Below are positions 10,683 to 20,653 of a stretch of 48,510 nucleotides of DNA, piece after piece. Below the pieces are notes generated by a model, which did no database searches, was not told the DNA's origin, and saw only the letters and a list, made by a program, of their open reading frames with translations. A program made the translations under genes and the position numbers. The DNA is taken from the NCBI GenBank assembly GCA_965613095.1, contig CBFDUF010000001.1:1-48510 (forward strand), in the 5' to 3' direction. Positions within the stretch are counted from its first letter, which is position 1. Each line of letters starts with the position of its first letter. Origin of the DNA: an uncultured Thermococci archaeon. Its GTDB lineage: Archaea; Methanobacteriota_B; Thermococci; Thermococcales; Thermococcaceae.

Positions 10683-11340
10683 TAGATATATTGCCATTCA
10701 CCGTTGAGATCTTCACGTTATATTTTCCTTCTCCAAGAACACCCTTAAATGACTTTGGCCCATGGAACGGCGATTTTGAAAGTTCTCCTGGAATTTCAGA
10801 GGCTATTTTCCCGTTGACAGAGCGTGCATTAACTTCAATATTCGAATCCTTGGAGAGATAAACTTCAACACTTCCATTCACTGTTGAAACGACTAAATCT
10901 CCATTTATACTTGAAAGCATGGCCTTTATTGAGCCGTTTACAGTTGAAATCTTCCCCGCAAATACATTCTCTACTGTTATACTCCCGTTTACTGTTGCCA
11001 CTTTTCCGGCTTTTTCTATGTTTTTCACCGATATTGAGCCATTGACATTTCCGACTTTTTCAACCTCTACAATTTTAGGAACTAAAATATCAAAGTTAAC
11101 TGCACTTTCTCCCATGCTGACTCCAAAACTTTTTCCATGTTTTACTTCGATTTTTAACATATTTCCTTCTTTTTTTACCTTTATTTTAGGCTCTGTTCCT
11201 AAAAGGCCCCATTTTTTCTCCGCTTTGAGTTTTATTGTATCTCCATCATATCCTTCAATTCTTATGCGACCGTTCACATTTCCAAGTTTCAACTTTAAGC
11301 CTTCTTCCACTTTATATTCTCTCTCAACAACTTCAATCAT
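10669..11340 (-). CDS. DUF4097-family beta-strand repeat protein
   Basis: Repeated [NT]VNG[SN]I units; start set at ATG 11340 after GAGGTGGTGA. Confidence 0.82.
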   Translation of the reverse strand: MIEVVEREYKVEEGLKLKLGNVNGRIRIEGYDGDTIKLKAEKKWGLLGTEPKIKVKKEGNMLKIEVKHGKSFGVSMGESAVNFDILVPKIVEVEKVGNVNGSISVKNIEKAGKVATVNGSITVENVFAGKISTVNGSIKAMLSSINGDLVVSTVNGSVEVYLSKDSNIEVNARSVNGKIASEIPGELSKSPFHGPKSFKGVLGEGKYNVKISTVNGNISIKAL

Positions 11341-11414
11341 AATCACCACCTCAATTAGATATAGTGTGGTCAAAGGAAAATAAAAATGTGGTCAAAATTG
11401 ATCAGTTATATTGG

Positions 11415-11449
11415 CTGACCTCCTCCCCACCTTTACGGACGGAGCCTTC
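11415..11449. mobile_element. IS200/IS605-end-like hairpin remnant (copy B)
   Basis: CTGACCTCCTCCCCACCTTTACGGACGGAGCCTTC; reverse complement ends GGGGAGGAGGTCAG as in tnpB-element right ends. Confidence 0.6.
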
Positions 11450-11836
11450 TTAGCGACTAAAGGTGAAAGAGCCCTAAGAAAAGCTATCGAAAACTTTGGT
11501 TCAGAAAGGGGAGAGAATATCAGGAAAGAGGTTTTAAAGAGGGGTCTACCACTAACAATGGAAAATCTTTCAAAATACTATGATATGCCACTTAAAGAAG
11601 CCTAGAAAGGCACCTCAAAAGTAGATGAAGTAACATATTACAGTGAAGTGAGCTTCTGTCCCTTTGCAAAAGTTTGGAAAGAAAAAGGTGCAGAAGAGAT
11701 CGGTCTCATATATTGTGAACAAGATATTGCTCTGATGAAGGCCTACAACCCGAATATAAACTTCAAGCGACCTAAAAATGTATTAAAAGGTGATGGGATC
11801 TGCCTTTTTGATGTAAAGGTAGAATCACAAGAGTAA
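11450..11836 (+). pseudogene. L-2-amino-thiazoline-4-carboxylate hydrolase-like (V4R-like fold) pseudogene
   Basis: ORFs 11411-11605 and 11648-11836 share one frame, separated by one TAG (11603-11605); CPFAKVW...YCEQDIAL..AYNP...GDGIC motifs; 5' end replaced by hairpin remnant. Confidence 0.72.
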
Positions 11837-11959
11837 GCGATCCAAAAAAGGCCTTCCCAAGACCTTTCACCATTTTTAGAACTTGCAATAATATAATGTT
11901 AAAGCAAAATGAGCGACACCCTTATTAACGTTAAGCCCATTATCTTAATGGTGATTCTT

Positions 11960-13819
11960 ATGGAAGACCCCTACATCTGGATGGAAAATCTAACTGATGA
12001 AAGAGTGCTAAAATTCGTCAATGAAGAGAACACTCGTTTCAGAGAATTCATCGGAGAACTTCCAGATAGATTAATTGATAAAGTCAAAAAATACTACTAT
12101 CTCCCAAACATTGTAGAGGCATGTATAACAAAGAAAGGCACATTTGTAAAGGTCAATGAGGGCGGCAAGCAGATTATAAAGGTGCTTGAAACAAATGAAG
12201 TTATAATTACTTCAGAAACCCTGGAAAAAGAGCTTAAAGATGAAATTCTTCTCCAAAGTTTTACTGTAGATGAAGACGGAAAGAGATTGGCTTACAACTT
12301 TTCAATAGGCGGCTCTGATGAAGGAATAACAAGGATAATTGATCTTGAGAGCGGAAAAATAGTTGAAGAAATAAAGCCCTCACTTTGGAACATAACTTTT
12401 CTCGAAGATGGTTACTATTTCGCCCGTTTTTACAGAAAAGAAAAAACTCCTGATGGCATTGATGCGCCTGCAGAAAGAATTTTTCTCAAAAAGGGCAAAG
12501 AAGAAAAAATGGTTTTTGGAGAAGGCCTCGGTTCAGGGTATTTCATGTCAATTCAAAAAACCAAAGATAAAAAACATGCATTAGTTACCCTCTCCTTCGG
12601 ATGGAATAAAAACGATATATACTTTGGCCCACTCTTAGAGCCTGAAAAATGGAAAAAAGTATATTCAAGCGAAGTTCCAGCCCATCCAATCGAGTATGTA
12701 AACGAAAAACTCTATATATATACAAGAGAAGGCAGAGGGCTTGGAAAAGTTATTGCTCTTGAAAATGGAGAGACCAGAGAGATTATCCCAGAAGGAGAAT
12801 TCCCATTAGAATGGGCCGTAATAGTAAAAGACAAGCTTCTAGCTGGCTATTTAGTCCATGCATCTTCATTGTTAAAGATATTCACCCTGAACGGAGAACT
12901 TATTGAAGAGGTAAAATTCGACATGCCGGGCCAGGTTTACCCCCTTGACAACAATGGAAAAACGGCAATTCTAAGATATGAAAGCTTCACAATCCCTTAC
13001 AGATTGTATAAGTTCGATGAGAATCTAGAACTCATTGACGAGGTCAAAATTGAATGGCATTTTACAGTCAATGAAGACTTTGCAACATCAAAAGACGGAA
13101 CAAAAATACATTACTTCATTGTGAGAGGAGAAAAGGACGAAAAGAAAGCGTGGGTCTTCGGATATGGCGGCTTCAATATTTCTCTAAAACCTAGATTCTT
13201 CCCGCATGTAATCCCATTCATAGAAATGGGGGGAACCTTTGCAATGGCAAACCTTAGAGGAGGAAGTGAATACGGCGAAGAATGGCACAAAGCCGGAATG
13301 AGAGAAAATAAGCAGAACGTGTTTGATGATTTCATAGCGGTTCTTGAAAAGCTTAAAGAAGAGGATTACAAAGTCGCGGCATGGGGAAGGAGCAACGGAG
13401 GGCTTTTAGTTTCAACTGTCTTAGTTCAAAGGCCTGATGTAATGGATGCTGCTTTAATAGGCTACCCAGTTATAGACATGCTACGCTTCCACAAGCTTTA
13501 CATTGGCAGCGTTTGGATACCAGAATACGGCAATCCAGATGATCCAAAAGATAGAGAGTTTTTACTCAAATATTCTCCCTATCACAACTTAAAGCCCCAA
13601 AAGTATCCGCCGACGCTCATTTACACAGGTTTACACGACGATAGGGTTCACCCGGGCCATGCACTTAAGTTCGCAAAGCGGCTCAAAGATATAGGGACAT
13701 CGGTTTATCTTAGGGTGGAAACAAAAAGCGGCCACATGGGGGCTTCACCTGAAACGAGGATTAGAGAATTGGCAGACATGCTTTCCTTTGTCGTTAAGAC
13801 GTTAGATGTTAAAGTTTAG
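11960..13819 (+). CDS. Prolyl oligopeptidase (S9A)
   Basis: MEDPYIWMEN start after GGTGA; GYGGF, GRSNGG nucleophile, HDDRVHP, SGHMG. Confidence 0.96.
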   Translation: MEDPYIWMENLTDERVLKFVNEENTRFREFIGELPDRLIDKVKKYYYLPNIVEACITKKGTFVKVNEGGKQIIKVLETNEVIITSETLEKELKDEILLQSFTVDEDGKRLAYNFSIGGSDEGITRIIDLESGKIVEEIKPSLWNITFLEDGYYFARFYRKEKTPDGIDAPAERIFLKKGKEEKMVFGEGLGSGYFMSIQKTKDKKHALVTLSFGWNKNDIYFGPLLEPEKWKKVYSSEVPAHPIEYVNEKLYIYTREGRGLGKVIALENGETREIIPEGEFPLEWAVIVKDKLLAGYLVHASSLLKIFTLNGELIEEVKFDMPGQVYPLDNNGKTAILRYESFTIPYRLYKFDENLELIDEVKIEWHFTVNEDFATSKDGTKIHYFIVRGEKDEKKAWVFGYGGFNISLKPRFFPHVIPFIEMGGTFAMANLRGGSEYGEEWHKAGMRENKQNVFDDFIAVLEKLKEEDYKVAAWGRSNGGLLVSTVLVQRPDVMDAALIGYPVIDMLRFHKLYIGSVWIPEYGNPDDPKDREFLLKYSPYHNLKPQKYPPTLIYTGLHDDRVHPGHALKFAKRLKDIGTSVYLRVETKSGHMGASPETRIRELADMLSFVVKTLDVKV

Positions 13820-15002
13820 AGTTCAGAGCATTTTTAATTTCTTCATACTTTTTTCTCGCTTCTTTCCTACTCTTTTGCAGTTCTCTTCTGTTTACCCATG
13901 TTGTAACAGCACCCATAGCAACCGTCAGCAGAGTTCTATAGAAAAGACCATTGTTAAAAGGAATTGGATCCTCTTCGTCTATAATGCCGTCTCCATCATG
14001 ATCAAAGAGGGGATTTATGACTAAACTTACTTCAGAACCTCCATAGGCTATAAACTTCTCATCCTCAGAAATCGTAATTCTCCCTAATGCTATTCCCACA
14101 TCCGGATACAAAGGATAATACTGAGTATTGTCCCAAAGTACTCTTCCTGACCAATCGAGTATATGCAGTGCACTATCATACACCAGAATATAATCTTGAG
14201 ATATCGCAAAATCCCTTATGCGAGAGAAAGTCTTCGCCCAGAGAAGGCTCCCGTTTTCATTGTAAACTCCCAAATATGACCCTTCTTTCGAGTAAAAAGT
14301 TGCAACGATCCTTCCATCGCCCACAAGCTCTACAGAACCAACAGTTCCCTTCCACGGTTCAATGGTTTTTATGAGATTCCCTTCTCTTGAGAAGAGATAA
14401 ATTTTGCCTTTCTCAGTGACTGCAATGGTTTTTCCGTTTGTGGCGACATTTTCACCAAAAGCCAAGCCCCAGAGCTCATTTCCTCGTACGTCAAAAACCT
14501 TAACAACGCTACCGTTCATTACATAGCCCCTTGCCACGATTAAATCACCGGCTGTGCTTAGAGAAGTTACATTGAACTCCTTTCTCCAGATCTCAGAACC
14601 CGTGGGAGAATACGCTATAAGATAAAACGGAGAAAAAGTAAAAGTCGATTCACTGAACCACTTAATACTAGAAGTTCCAAGGGCTATAACGTCTTTTGAG
14701 AGGTCAAATGATCCGAAATCATCATAAGGCAGTAAACTTATGTTTCTGACGATCTTTCCATCCCTTATAAAAAGTAAGCTCCCATTTTTTGGGTTTCTCG
14801 ATAATCCATCGTATGTCACCTTAACAACGAGGGTGTCATTTTGAAACCCTATTCCAGCCACATCCCATTCAAGGCCGAAATTAAGTCTGTATATTCCATC
14901 TAGCAAAGGATCTCTTTTAGAAGTTTCCTCCCAGTAGTTCAATGTCCAGAATATTAGAAAAACAAACAGAATGTTCAGCAAAACCCGTATCTTTTTATTC
15001 AT
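13809..15002 (-). CDS. Membrane-anchored beta-propeller (PQQ/WD40-like) surface protein
   Basis: N-terminal signal/TM, repeated xxGxxxW blades (PTGSEIW, VRGNELW, ENGSLLW, WSGRVLW), DHDGDGIIDEED motif, C-terminal TM and basic tail. Confidence 0.7.
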   Translation of the reverse strand: MNKKIRVLLNILFVFLIFWTLNYWEETSKRDPLLDGIYRLNFGLEWDVAGIGFQNDTLVVKVTYDGLSRNPKNGSLLFIRDGKIVRNISLLPYDDFGSFDLSKDVIALGTSSIKWFSESTFTFSPFYLIAYSPTGSEIWRKEFNVTSLSTAGDLIVARGYVMNGSVVKVFDVRGNELWGLAFGENVATNGKTIAVTEKGKIYLFSREGNLIKTIEPWKGTVGSVELVGDGRIVATFYSKEGSYLGVYNENGSLLWAKTFSRIRDFAISQDYILVYDSALHILDWSGRVLWDNTQYYPLYPDVGIALGRITISEDEKFIAYGGSEVSLVINPLFDHDGDGIIDEEDPIPFNNGLFYRTLLTVAMGAVTTWVNRRELQKSRKEARKKYEEIKNALNSKL

Positions 15003-15035
15003 CTTGCCCCCAGTTATTACTTTCCAATATAGTAT

Positions 15036-18000
15036 TTAAGCCTTTTCCTCTATCAGCTTCATAATTTTACTGTGTAACTGCTTAATAAGCTCTCTCCTGT
15101 CTTCCATCAGCACAACATCACTAGCTCCAATCACTTCAAGATTAAAGGCAAAAGGTGAGGGCAGTTCATTATGCTCTACCACCACTTTTATCTTTCCTTC
15201 TTTAACCCAGCTTAAAAAGAGTTCTGCATTCTCTATATCCATCTTATCCTCCATTATCTCCCTGTAAACTTCTTTCAGAAGTGGAAAGTCTGGGTAGTTT
15301 TTCTTCAAAAGCCTCAGAAGAGTCTGTGCGTTTAACTGCTGCCTGCTAAGGCTTTTCTTTCTCCCCATGTATCTCCTAAGGATGAGCAGACCCCTGTTTG
15401 CCACATGCCTGAAACGTCTCTTCAAAAGCTCTGTATTGTCCAATGCTTTCTTTAAGGTTTCCCTTAAGTTCTCAATCTGAAATAGCTCTCCAATTTCTTC
15501 CTCGTTTAGGATCTTTTCCTTAGGAAGGATAAGCATAAACCCGTTATCACTTATTGCTATTCCAACATTCGTTTTCTTCTTTTTGCTGATAACGTAGGCA
15601 AAGGCCCTGCTCAGAGCTTCATTGGCCCTTCTCCCTATCAGTGTGTGGAAGAAGTATTTAACTCTCCTTTCATCAAAGACCTCCTCAACAAGAAGAAGTT
15701 CGTCATCTGGGACAGTTGAATACCTCTCCTGTTCTCTAAAATACCCCAAAATGGCCTTTGCGGCCTTTTCATCAATTTTGTACTTTCTTATGAGAAGCAA
15801 CTTTGCTCGTTTACTGCTTAGAAGGGCCTTAATCTCCTTTCTAAAACGTTGCACATCCAAAGCTAGGTCAAAACTCAAGGGCAGCATTTCAGAAAACCAT
15901 GCCGGAATTGTTGGCTTTGCTCCTTCCTTTGGCTGAACATAAACTCTATTCGCTCTTGATTTTTTAAATTCATAGGTTCTGCCAGACAGAACAAAAATAT
16001 CTCCCGGCATCAATCTTTCTGCAAATTCTTCTTCAACAGTTCCAATAAAATGCTTATCAAGGGTAAAAACTTCGATTTTTGCCTCATCTGGGATTGTGCC
16101 GGTGTTCATATAGTAGATGGCCCGTGTCATTTTGCCCCTTCTACCAAATTTCCCTTCTTCTTCATCAAACCAGACCTTTGCATAGACTTTCTTCTCTTCT
16201 AAACCTGCATATTCACCAGCCAAGTAACGTAAAACACTCATAAAGTCATCAAAGCTTAAATTACGATATGGATATGCCCTTCTAACAAGGTTATATGCTT
16301 CATTTATATCCCACACCCTTTCCAGAGCTATCCCGAGCACATGTTGCACAAGGACATCCAGTGAATTTTGGGGAATTTTAATCCTGTCAAGCCTCCTACT
16401 TCTCGCATTATGGGCTAAAACCGTACATTCCACCAAATCATCCCTATCCAAAACGAGGATTATCCCTTTACTTACCTCATGCAACCTATGGCCTGCCCTT
16501 CCTATTCTTTGAAGTGCTCTATTAACACTCTTTGGTGAGCCAATGAGGACAACCAAATCTATTGTGCCTATGTCAATCCCGAGCTCCAAACTGGTTGAGC
16601 TGTTTTTTGAGAGGAAGCCGTTAACAACGTAGTTTCCTGTTTTAGAGTCTAAGATGCCGTATGCGTCTTCAATAAAAACTGACTCTACAGATTCGATCCT
16701 ATCGAAGAAAATATCTCCCTTCGCAAGCTTCTGAAGCTCCTCAATCTCGGAAATTACATCTTCAGCGTTTCTCTCCTTTGCGATTTTTTCATAAAAGTCA
16801 AGCAGTTTGACTAAATTTCTCCTGCTAATTTCGCGAATTCCTAGCTCAACTTTAATAGGATTGTACATCCCCATTTTTTGAAGCTGGTATGACGTGATGC
16901 CAAGCTTCTCCCTTATTTTCCTGAGACGATTGCCAATTCTAGGAATTACATCTGAATTTGAATATCCACTAGATGTAATATTTTTTATTTTTTCAAGCCC
17001 AAGACGCCAAGGCTCTATTAGCTCTCCAAATTTTCGTAGATATTCTCCACCTAAGATTGCAACGGTGTAAGAGGTCCCGACCTTTCTTATCTTTTTGCCT
17101 TTAAATGAGTAGCATTCGTTGTAGTCCCGCCTTCTGAGAGATGCAACGATTCCGAGCTGGAGTAAAAGATTGCGTATCCCTTCGGCAAACTCTGGGTTAA
17201 AGGTAGCGAAGCCAGCCGAATACACACGATTGTCTTCTTTTATCTCAAGGTATCCATCACCATCAAAATAACCAGATAGGAACTGAATCTTGTGCTCTTT
17301 TGGAAGGTGGTAGAGTATCTCCGGAAATCTGCCATTGATGGATTTCTTACCTCCATTCCCTACGAGCTCTTTGAAGATGTGAAGGAGCAGGTTAAAGGAA
17401 ATTTCAAGCCCGTACGTGCTTTTATTTTGCCTTCTTATAACTCCTTTAATCCCAAACTCTTCTTTGGCAAGCTTGGCATAACGCTTGAGCACTTCCAAAT
17501 CGCTGGAGAACAGCGTTGTTGAGTTACTCTTCCATGAACCGTCAGCAAGCCAAAAACCTAGCAATCTGGCCATTCCAGGGGTGAATCTTTTGGGCAATTC
17601 ATAGGTGTTCTTGTCAGATGTTATTTTCACAACATCGTTTTCTTCAATGACCACGCTAACTTCATTAAGAACCATTTTTAGCTTGCTCCATCTAAATGGA
17701 TACTCGCCCCTAAGCTGTTTTGATAAATAGCTCTCACTCACATTCAGTTTCCTTGCAAAGGCCTTAATCGAACCAAATTTAGCCTGAATGTTCTTCTTTA
17801 GCTCTTCTAAAAACTCAGCTCGCAAATGTAAGTAAGCGGAACCTGGAAGGATTTCAAAAATGGGAATTTCTTCTTCTAAACTTGGCAACCTGCGCAGAAT
17901 CCCAATATAGTCCCCAGGTTTGAGCTTCTCCGCTTCAATCCAAGCAGGCTTCCCATTTTTTATTGTGAGAAACTTGTGCTCTCTCGTTGCTTCAACTTCA

Positions 18001-19205
18001 AAGCCAAGCTTTGTTTTGAGTCTTATTCCCCCAGAGTTGTATTTAATCTTGTGAACGCCCCTGAATCTTACAAAACTACTTTTTGCGCCCTCAATCCCGA
18101 TTATCTCTTCATTACCGATAAGCTTGTCTATTCTCTTGATCCCTTTGGAAGTAAGCATCCTCATGTGTCCCGGAACACACACAACAGCCTTAAGCTCCCC
18201 TTTCTTCAATTTCTCCTCTACTTCAAGCCTAACGTCCCTAGAAAGGCTCGAGTGGTGAGTTTCAATTAATTCCGCATATTTAGGATACTTTTTCTTAAGG
18301 TGATAGGCAACCCTTTCAGCCCCGCTTCTCGTGTTTGTAAATATTAACGTCGTTCTATGCTGCTCTATAAGTTCATCCAAGCGTTTATACAGGGCCTCAC
18401 TTAGCTCATTAGCTGGGGCATAGATTAAGTCTTCAACCACACTCTCAACTTTGATTTCAGTCTGCTTTGCAAAGCTAACATCTACAACCAAACCAGAACG
18501 AGGAGTACCATCATCATTAAAGCCAAAAACAAATTTAGCAACTTCTTCTAGAGGGTGTATCGTTGCGCTTAAACCAATTCTAACAAAGTCACCAGCCAGA
18601 TTTTGGAGCCGCTCTAAACTCAGAGCCAAATGAGTTCCTCTCTTGTTCTCAGCTAAAGCGTGGACCTCATCAATAATCACGTATTTAACCGTCTTCAACC
18701 TCTGGCTGAATTTAGGAGCATTTAGAGCTATAGCCAAGCTTTCGGGAGTGGTTATCAAAATATGAGGTGGCTTTTTTACCATCTTCTGCTTTTCATAACT
18801 TGATGTGTCACTTGTCCTTACTGCAACCCTTATTTCGGGAAGCTCATAGCCTAGTTCCTTATAAACTTGTCTTATCTCACTCAGCGGCTCATCAAGGTTT
18901 CTCCTTATGTCATTGTTCAAAGCCCTGAGTGGGGAGACATAAAGAACGTAGATCTTATCTTCAAGTTTACCCTCTTTTCCAAGAAGAACAAGCTCATTTA
19001 TAGCCGCAAGAAAAGCAGATAGGGTCTTTCCACTTCCCGTTGGAGAGGATATGAGTACATTCTCCCCCTTGTGAATCTCAACAACTGCATATCTCTGGGG
19101 GGGTGTAAATGTTCCAAATTTCCGTTTAAACCATTCTCTAATAGGTTCATCCAGTATAGCATAAATTTCATCATCGCTGTATTCCCTGTTAGCAAACCTT
19201 ATCAT
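15036..19205 (-). CDS. lhr: Lhr-family ATP-dependent SF2 helicase (aLhr2-like), intein-containing
   Basis: SPTGSGKT, SPLRALNND, DEVH, SAT, STSLELGIDIG, QRIGRAGH; 863-aa extein after intein removal. Confidence 0.95.
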   Translation of the reverse strand: MIRFANREYSDDEIYAILDEPIREWFKRKFGTFTPPQRYAVVEIHKGENVLISSPTGSGKTLSAFLAAINELVLLGKEGKLEDKIYVLYVSPLRALNNDIRRNLDEPLSEIRQVYKELGYELPEIRVAVRTSDTSSYEKQKMVKKPPHILITTPESLAIALNAPKFSQRLKTVKYVIIDEVHALAENKRGTHLALSLERLQNLAGDFVRIGLSATIHPLEEVAKFVFGFNDDGTPRSGLVVDVSFAKQTEIKVESVVEDLIYAPANELSEALYKRLDELIEQHRTTLIFTNTRSGAERVAYHLKKKYPKYAELIETHHSSLSRDVRLEVEEKLKKGELKAVVCVPGHMRMLTSKGIKRIDKLIGNEEIIGIEGAKSSFVRFRGVHKIKYNSGGIRLKTKLGFEVEATREHKFLTIKNGKPAWIEAEKLKPGDYIGILRRLPSLEEEIPIFEILPGSAYLHLRAEFLEELKKNIQAKFGSIKAFARKLNVSESYLSKQLRGEYPFRWSKLKMVLNEVSVVIEENDVVKITSDKNTYELPKRFTPGMARLLGFWLADGSWKSNSTTLFSSDLEVLKRYAKLAKEEFGIKGVIRRQNKSTYGLEISFNLLLHIFKELVGNGGKKSINGRFPEILYHLPKEHKIQFLSGYFDGDGYLEIKEDNRVYSAGFATFNPEFAEGIRNLLLQLGIVASLRRRDYNECYSFKGKKIRKVGTSYTVAILGGEYLRKFGELIEPWRLGLEKIKNITSSGYSNSDVIPRIGNRLRKIREKLGITSYQLQKMGMYNPIKVELGIREISRRNLVKLLDFYEKIAKERNAEDVISEIEELQKLAKGDIFFDRIESVESVFIEDAYGILDSKTGNYVVNGFLSKNSSTSLELGIDIGTIDLVVLIGSPKSVNRALQRIGRAGHRLHEVSKGIILVLDRDDLVECTVLAHNARSRRLDRIKIPQNSLDVLVQHVLGIALERVWDINEAYNLVRRAYPYRNLSFDDFMSVLRYLAGEYAGLEEKKVYAKVWFDEEEGKFGRRGKMTRAIYYMNTGTIPDEAKIEVFTLDKHFIGTVEEEFAERLMPGDIFVLSGRTYEFKKSRANRVYVQPKEGAKPTIPAWFSEMLPLSFDLALDVQRFRKEIKALLSSKRAKLLLIRKYKIDEKAAKAILGYFREQERYSTVPDDELLLVEEVFDERRVKYFFHTLIGRRANEALSRAFAYVISKKKKTNVGIAISDNGFMLILPKEKILNEEEIGELFQIENLRETLKKALDNTELLKRRFRHVANRGLLILRRYMGRKKSLSRQQLNAQTLLRLLKKNYPDFPLLKEVYREIMEDKMDIENAELFLSWVKEGKIKVVVEHNELPSPFAFNLEVIGASDVVLMEDRRELIKQLHSKIMKLIEEKA
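16602..18179 (-). mobile_element. Intein (526 aa) with LAGLIDADG homing endonuclease in Lhr helicase motif V
   Basis: AVV/CVPGH N-junction, block B ATREHKF, LLGFWLADG and FLSGYFDGDG, NYVVNGFLSKN/S C-junction; removal restores AVVSSTSLELGID. Confidence 0.95.
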
Positions 19206-19296
19206 GATTCCTCATTCATCCTACATAGGCGAACTTTAAAAATTTTGATTCTATTTTCGAACGAAAATTTTTAACATTCAAACATAATTCGTTAAC

Positions 19297-19407
19297 ATGA
19301 AGAAGCTCAAAAAAGCTCTCGATATAAAGCCGGTAAAAGTCCTCGAAGAGGGAGAAGAATTTGAAAAAGGGAGATACGTGCTGACCTTCTCCTGCCCTGA
19401 AGGGTGA
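19297..19407 (+). pseudogene. Possible gene remnant (36 codons) running into hairpin copy C
   Basis: MKKLKKALDIKPVKVLEEGEEFEKGRYV has protein-like composition; the stop lies inside the hairpin. Confidence 0.3.
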
Positions 19408-19431
19408 GGCTTTCACGAGAGTAAAATACAA
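19381..19431. mobile_element. IS200/IS605-end-like hairpin remnant/MITE (copy C)
   Basis: CTGACCTTCTCCTGCCCTGAAGGGTGAGGCTTTC hairpin (GCCC-TGAA-GGGT). Confidence 0.65.
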
Positions 19432-19437
19432 AATTCA

Positions 19438-20547
19438 TCAAACTAAAGAGACAAGCGAGTAAAGAAAAATCATCAAAAACACCAATCCAGAGAGATATGC
19501 CATCAAATGTGGAAAATGCAGGTGAAAGCTGTCATACTTTTTCTTTGCTTTGAGGTACATCATTGTTGGTAATATCCCCGCATAGAGCACCCCACCAAAA
19601 GTGCCAGCCAGCCATAAAGCGTTTACAAAGCTCTTAAGGCCGACAAAGTATATCAGCAGTGGTGGGAATACCGTTAATATCCACGCATAAAGCTTGTTTA
19701 TTCTCAAAAATTCTTTGATATTATCCATCTCCGAAAGGGCTATGCCTATATAACTCGTGCATATAGCCGCTAAAGGTAAAACAAGGCCCAAAATCCTGCC
19801 CAGCTTTCCATACGATCTTTCAAGTGCAGTTGTTGCAAGCTCTGGTGTGCTCAAACCAAAGGCCCCTACAAATGACAGCACAAAGAAAGCGTAAAAGACC
19901 ATTGGGACAAGGTATCCTATGAAGACTGCTTTTGTCGTGGTTTTTATATTCTCCAATCCCCTGAGAAGCTCAGGAATCACCATATGACTGACATAGGCAA
20001 AAATTACCACCCCTATACCACGCAAAGCTACAGAAGCGTTTAAATTGGTTAAATTCTTCTCATCAATCTTACCTAAAACAAGGCTTATTGAAAGTACAAG
20101 GGCTAAAAGGAGGATCCCTGTAAGAGTTAGTTCTGCCTCTCCAGAAACTTTAAGTCCCATAAAGACTATCAGGCTCATTAAACTCCAAAAGGCAATGGCC
20201 GCAATCTCGGGCCTAATGCCAGCTAAAGATGATATAATATCAGCACTTCCAGCTATATACGCTATAAGGGCCCCATAGGCTAAAGCAGAAATGCTCAAGA
20301 ACATCACAACTCCACCCATCTTTCCCAAATGTTCCTCGGTGAGCTTTGAAAGGCTCTTTCCTGGGTTCTTGGAAGCAACTTCAAGGACAAAGAGAGCAGT
20401 TAAAAGTGTCATCAACCCCGATGCAATAACCACAAAAACTCCAAGAAATCCTGCCCCCCTCAATGCATACGGCAACCCCAAAACACCTGCTCCAATTTGA
20501 GTTCCTATGAGCATTGCACTTGCTTCAGCCAATGTTAACCTCTTCAT
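19438..20547 (-). CDS. Aromatic amino acid permease (HAAAP, TyrP/SdaC-like)
   Basis: LIGTQIGAGVLGLPY N-terminal motif; about 11 TM segments. Confidence 0.88.
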   Translation of the reverse strand: MKRLTLAEASAMLIGTQIGAGVLGLPYALRGAGFLGVFVVIASGLMTLLTALFVLEVASKNPGKSLSKLTEEHLGKMGGVVMFLSISALAYGALIAYIAGSADIISSLAGIRPEIAAIAFWSLMSLIVFMGLKVSGEAELTLTGILLLALVLSISLVLGKIDEKNLTNLNASVALRGIGVVIFAYVSHMVIPELLRGLENIKTTTKAVFIGYLVPMVFYAFFVLSFVGAFGLSTPELATTALERSYGKLGRILGLVLPLAAICTSYIGIALSEMDNIKEFLRINKLYAWILTVFPPLLIYFVGLKSFVNALWLAGTFGGVLYAGILPTMMYLKAKKKYDSFHLHFPHLMAYLSGLVFLMIFLYSLVSLV

Positions 20548-20653
20548 GTTCCCACCAATTGTGAAAGAAATTCATAGAATATAAAAGACTTGCTATATGT
20601 AAAGAAAAGACCTTTAAAAGACAAATAAATGCACCTAAGTATGCTTGTATCCA

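Noticed and set aside
10760-11290. Recurrent (T/N)VNG motifs as a DNA repeat array or CRISPR
   Set aside because: These are protein-level beta-repeats with divergent codons; no CRISPR array or cas gene is seen anywhere in the window
11603-11605. In-frame TAG as pyrrolysine or programmed read-through
   Set aside because: The gene is also 5'-truncated and no pyl genes are present; a nonsense mutation is simpler
19216-19431. 71-aa minus-strand ORF
   Set aside because: Starts inside the IS-end hairpin (KASPFRAGE is the translated hairpin) and crosses the lhr promoter region
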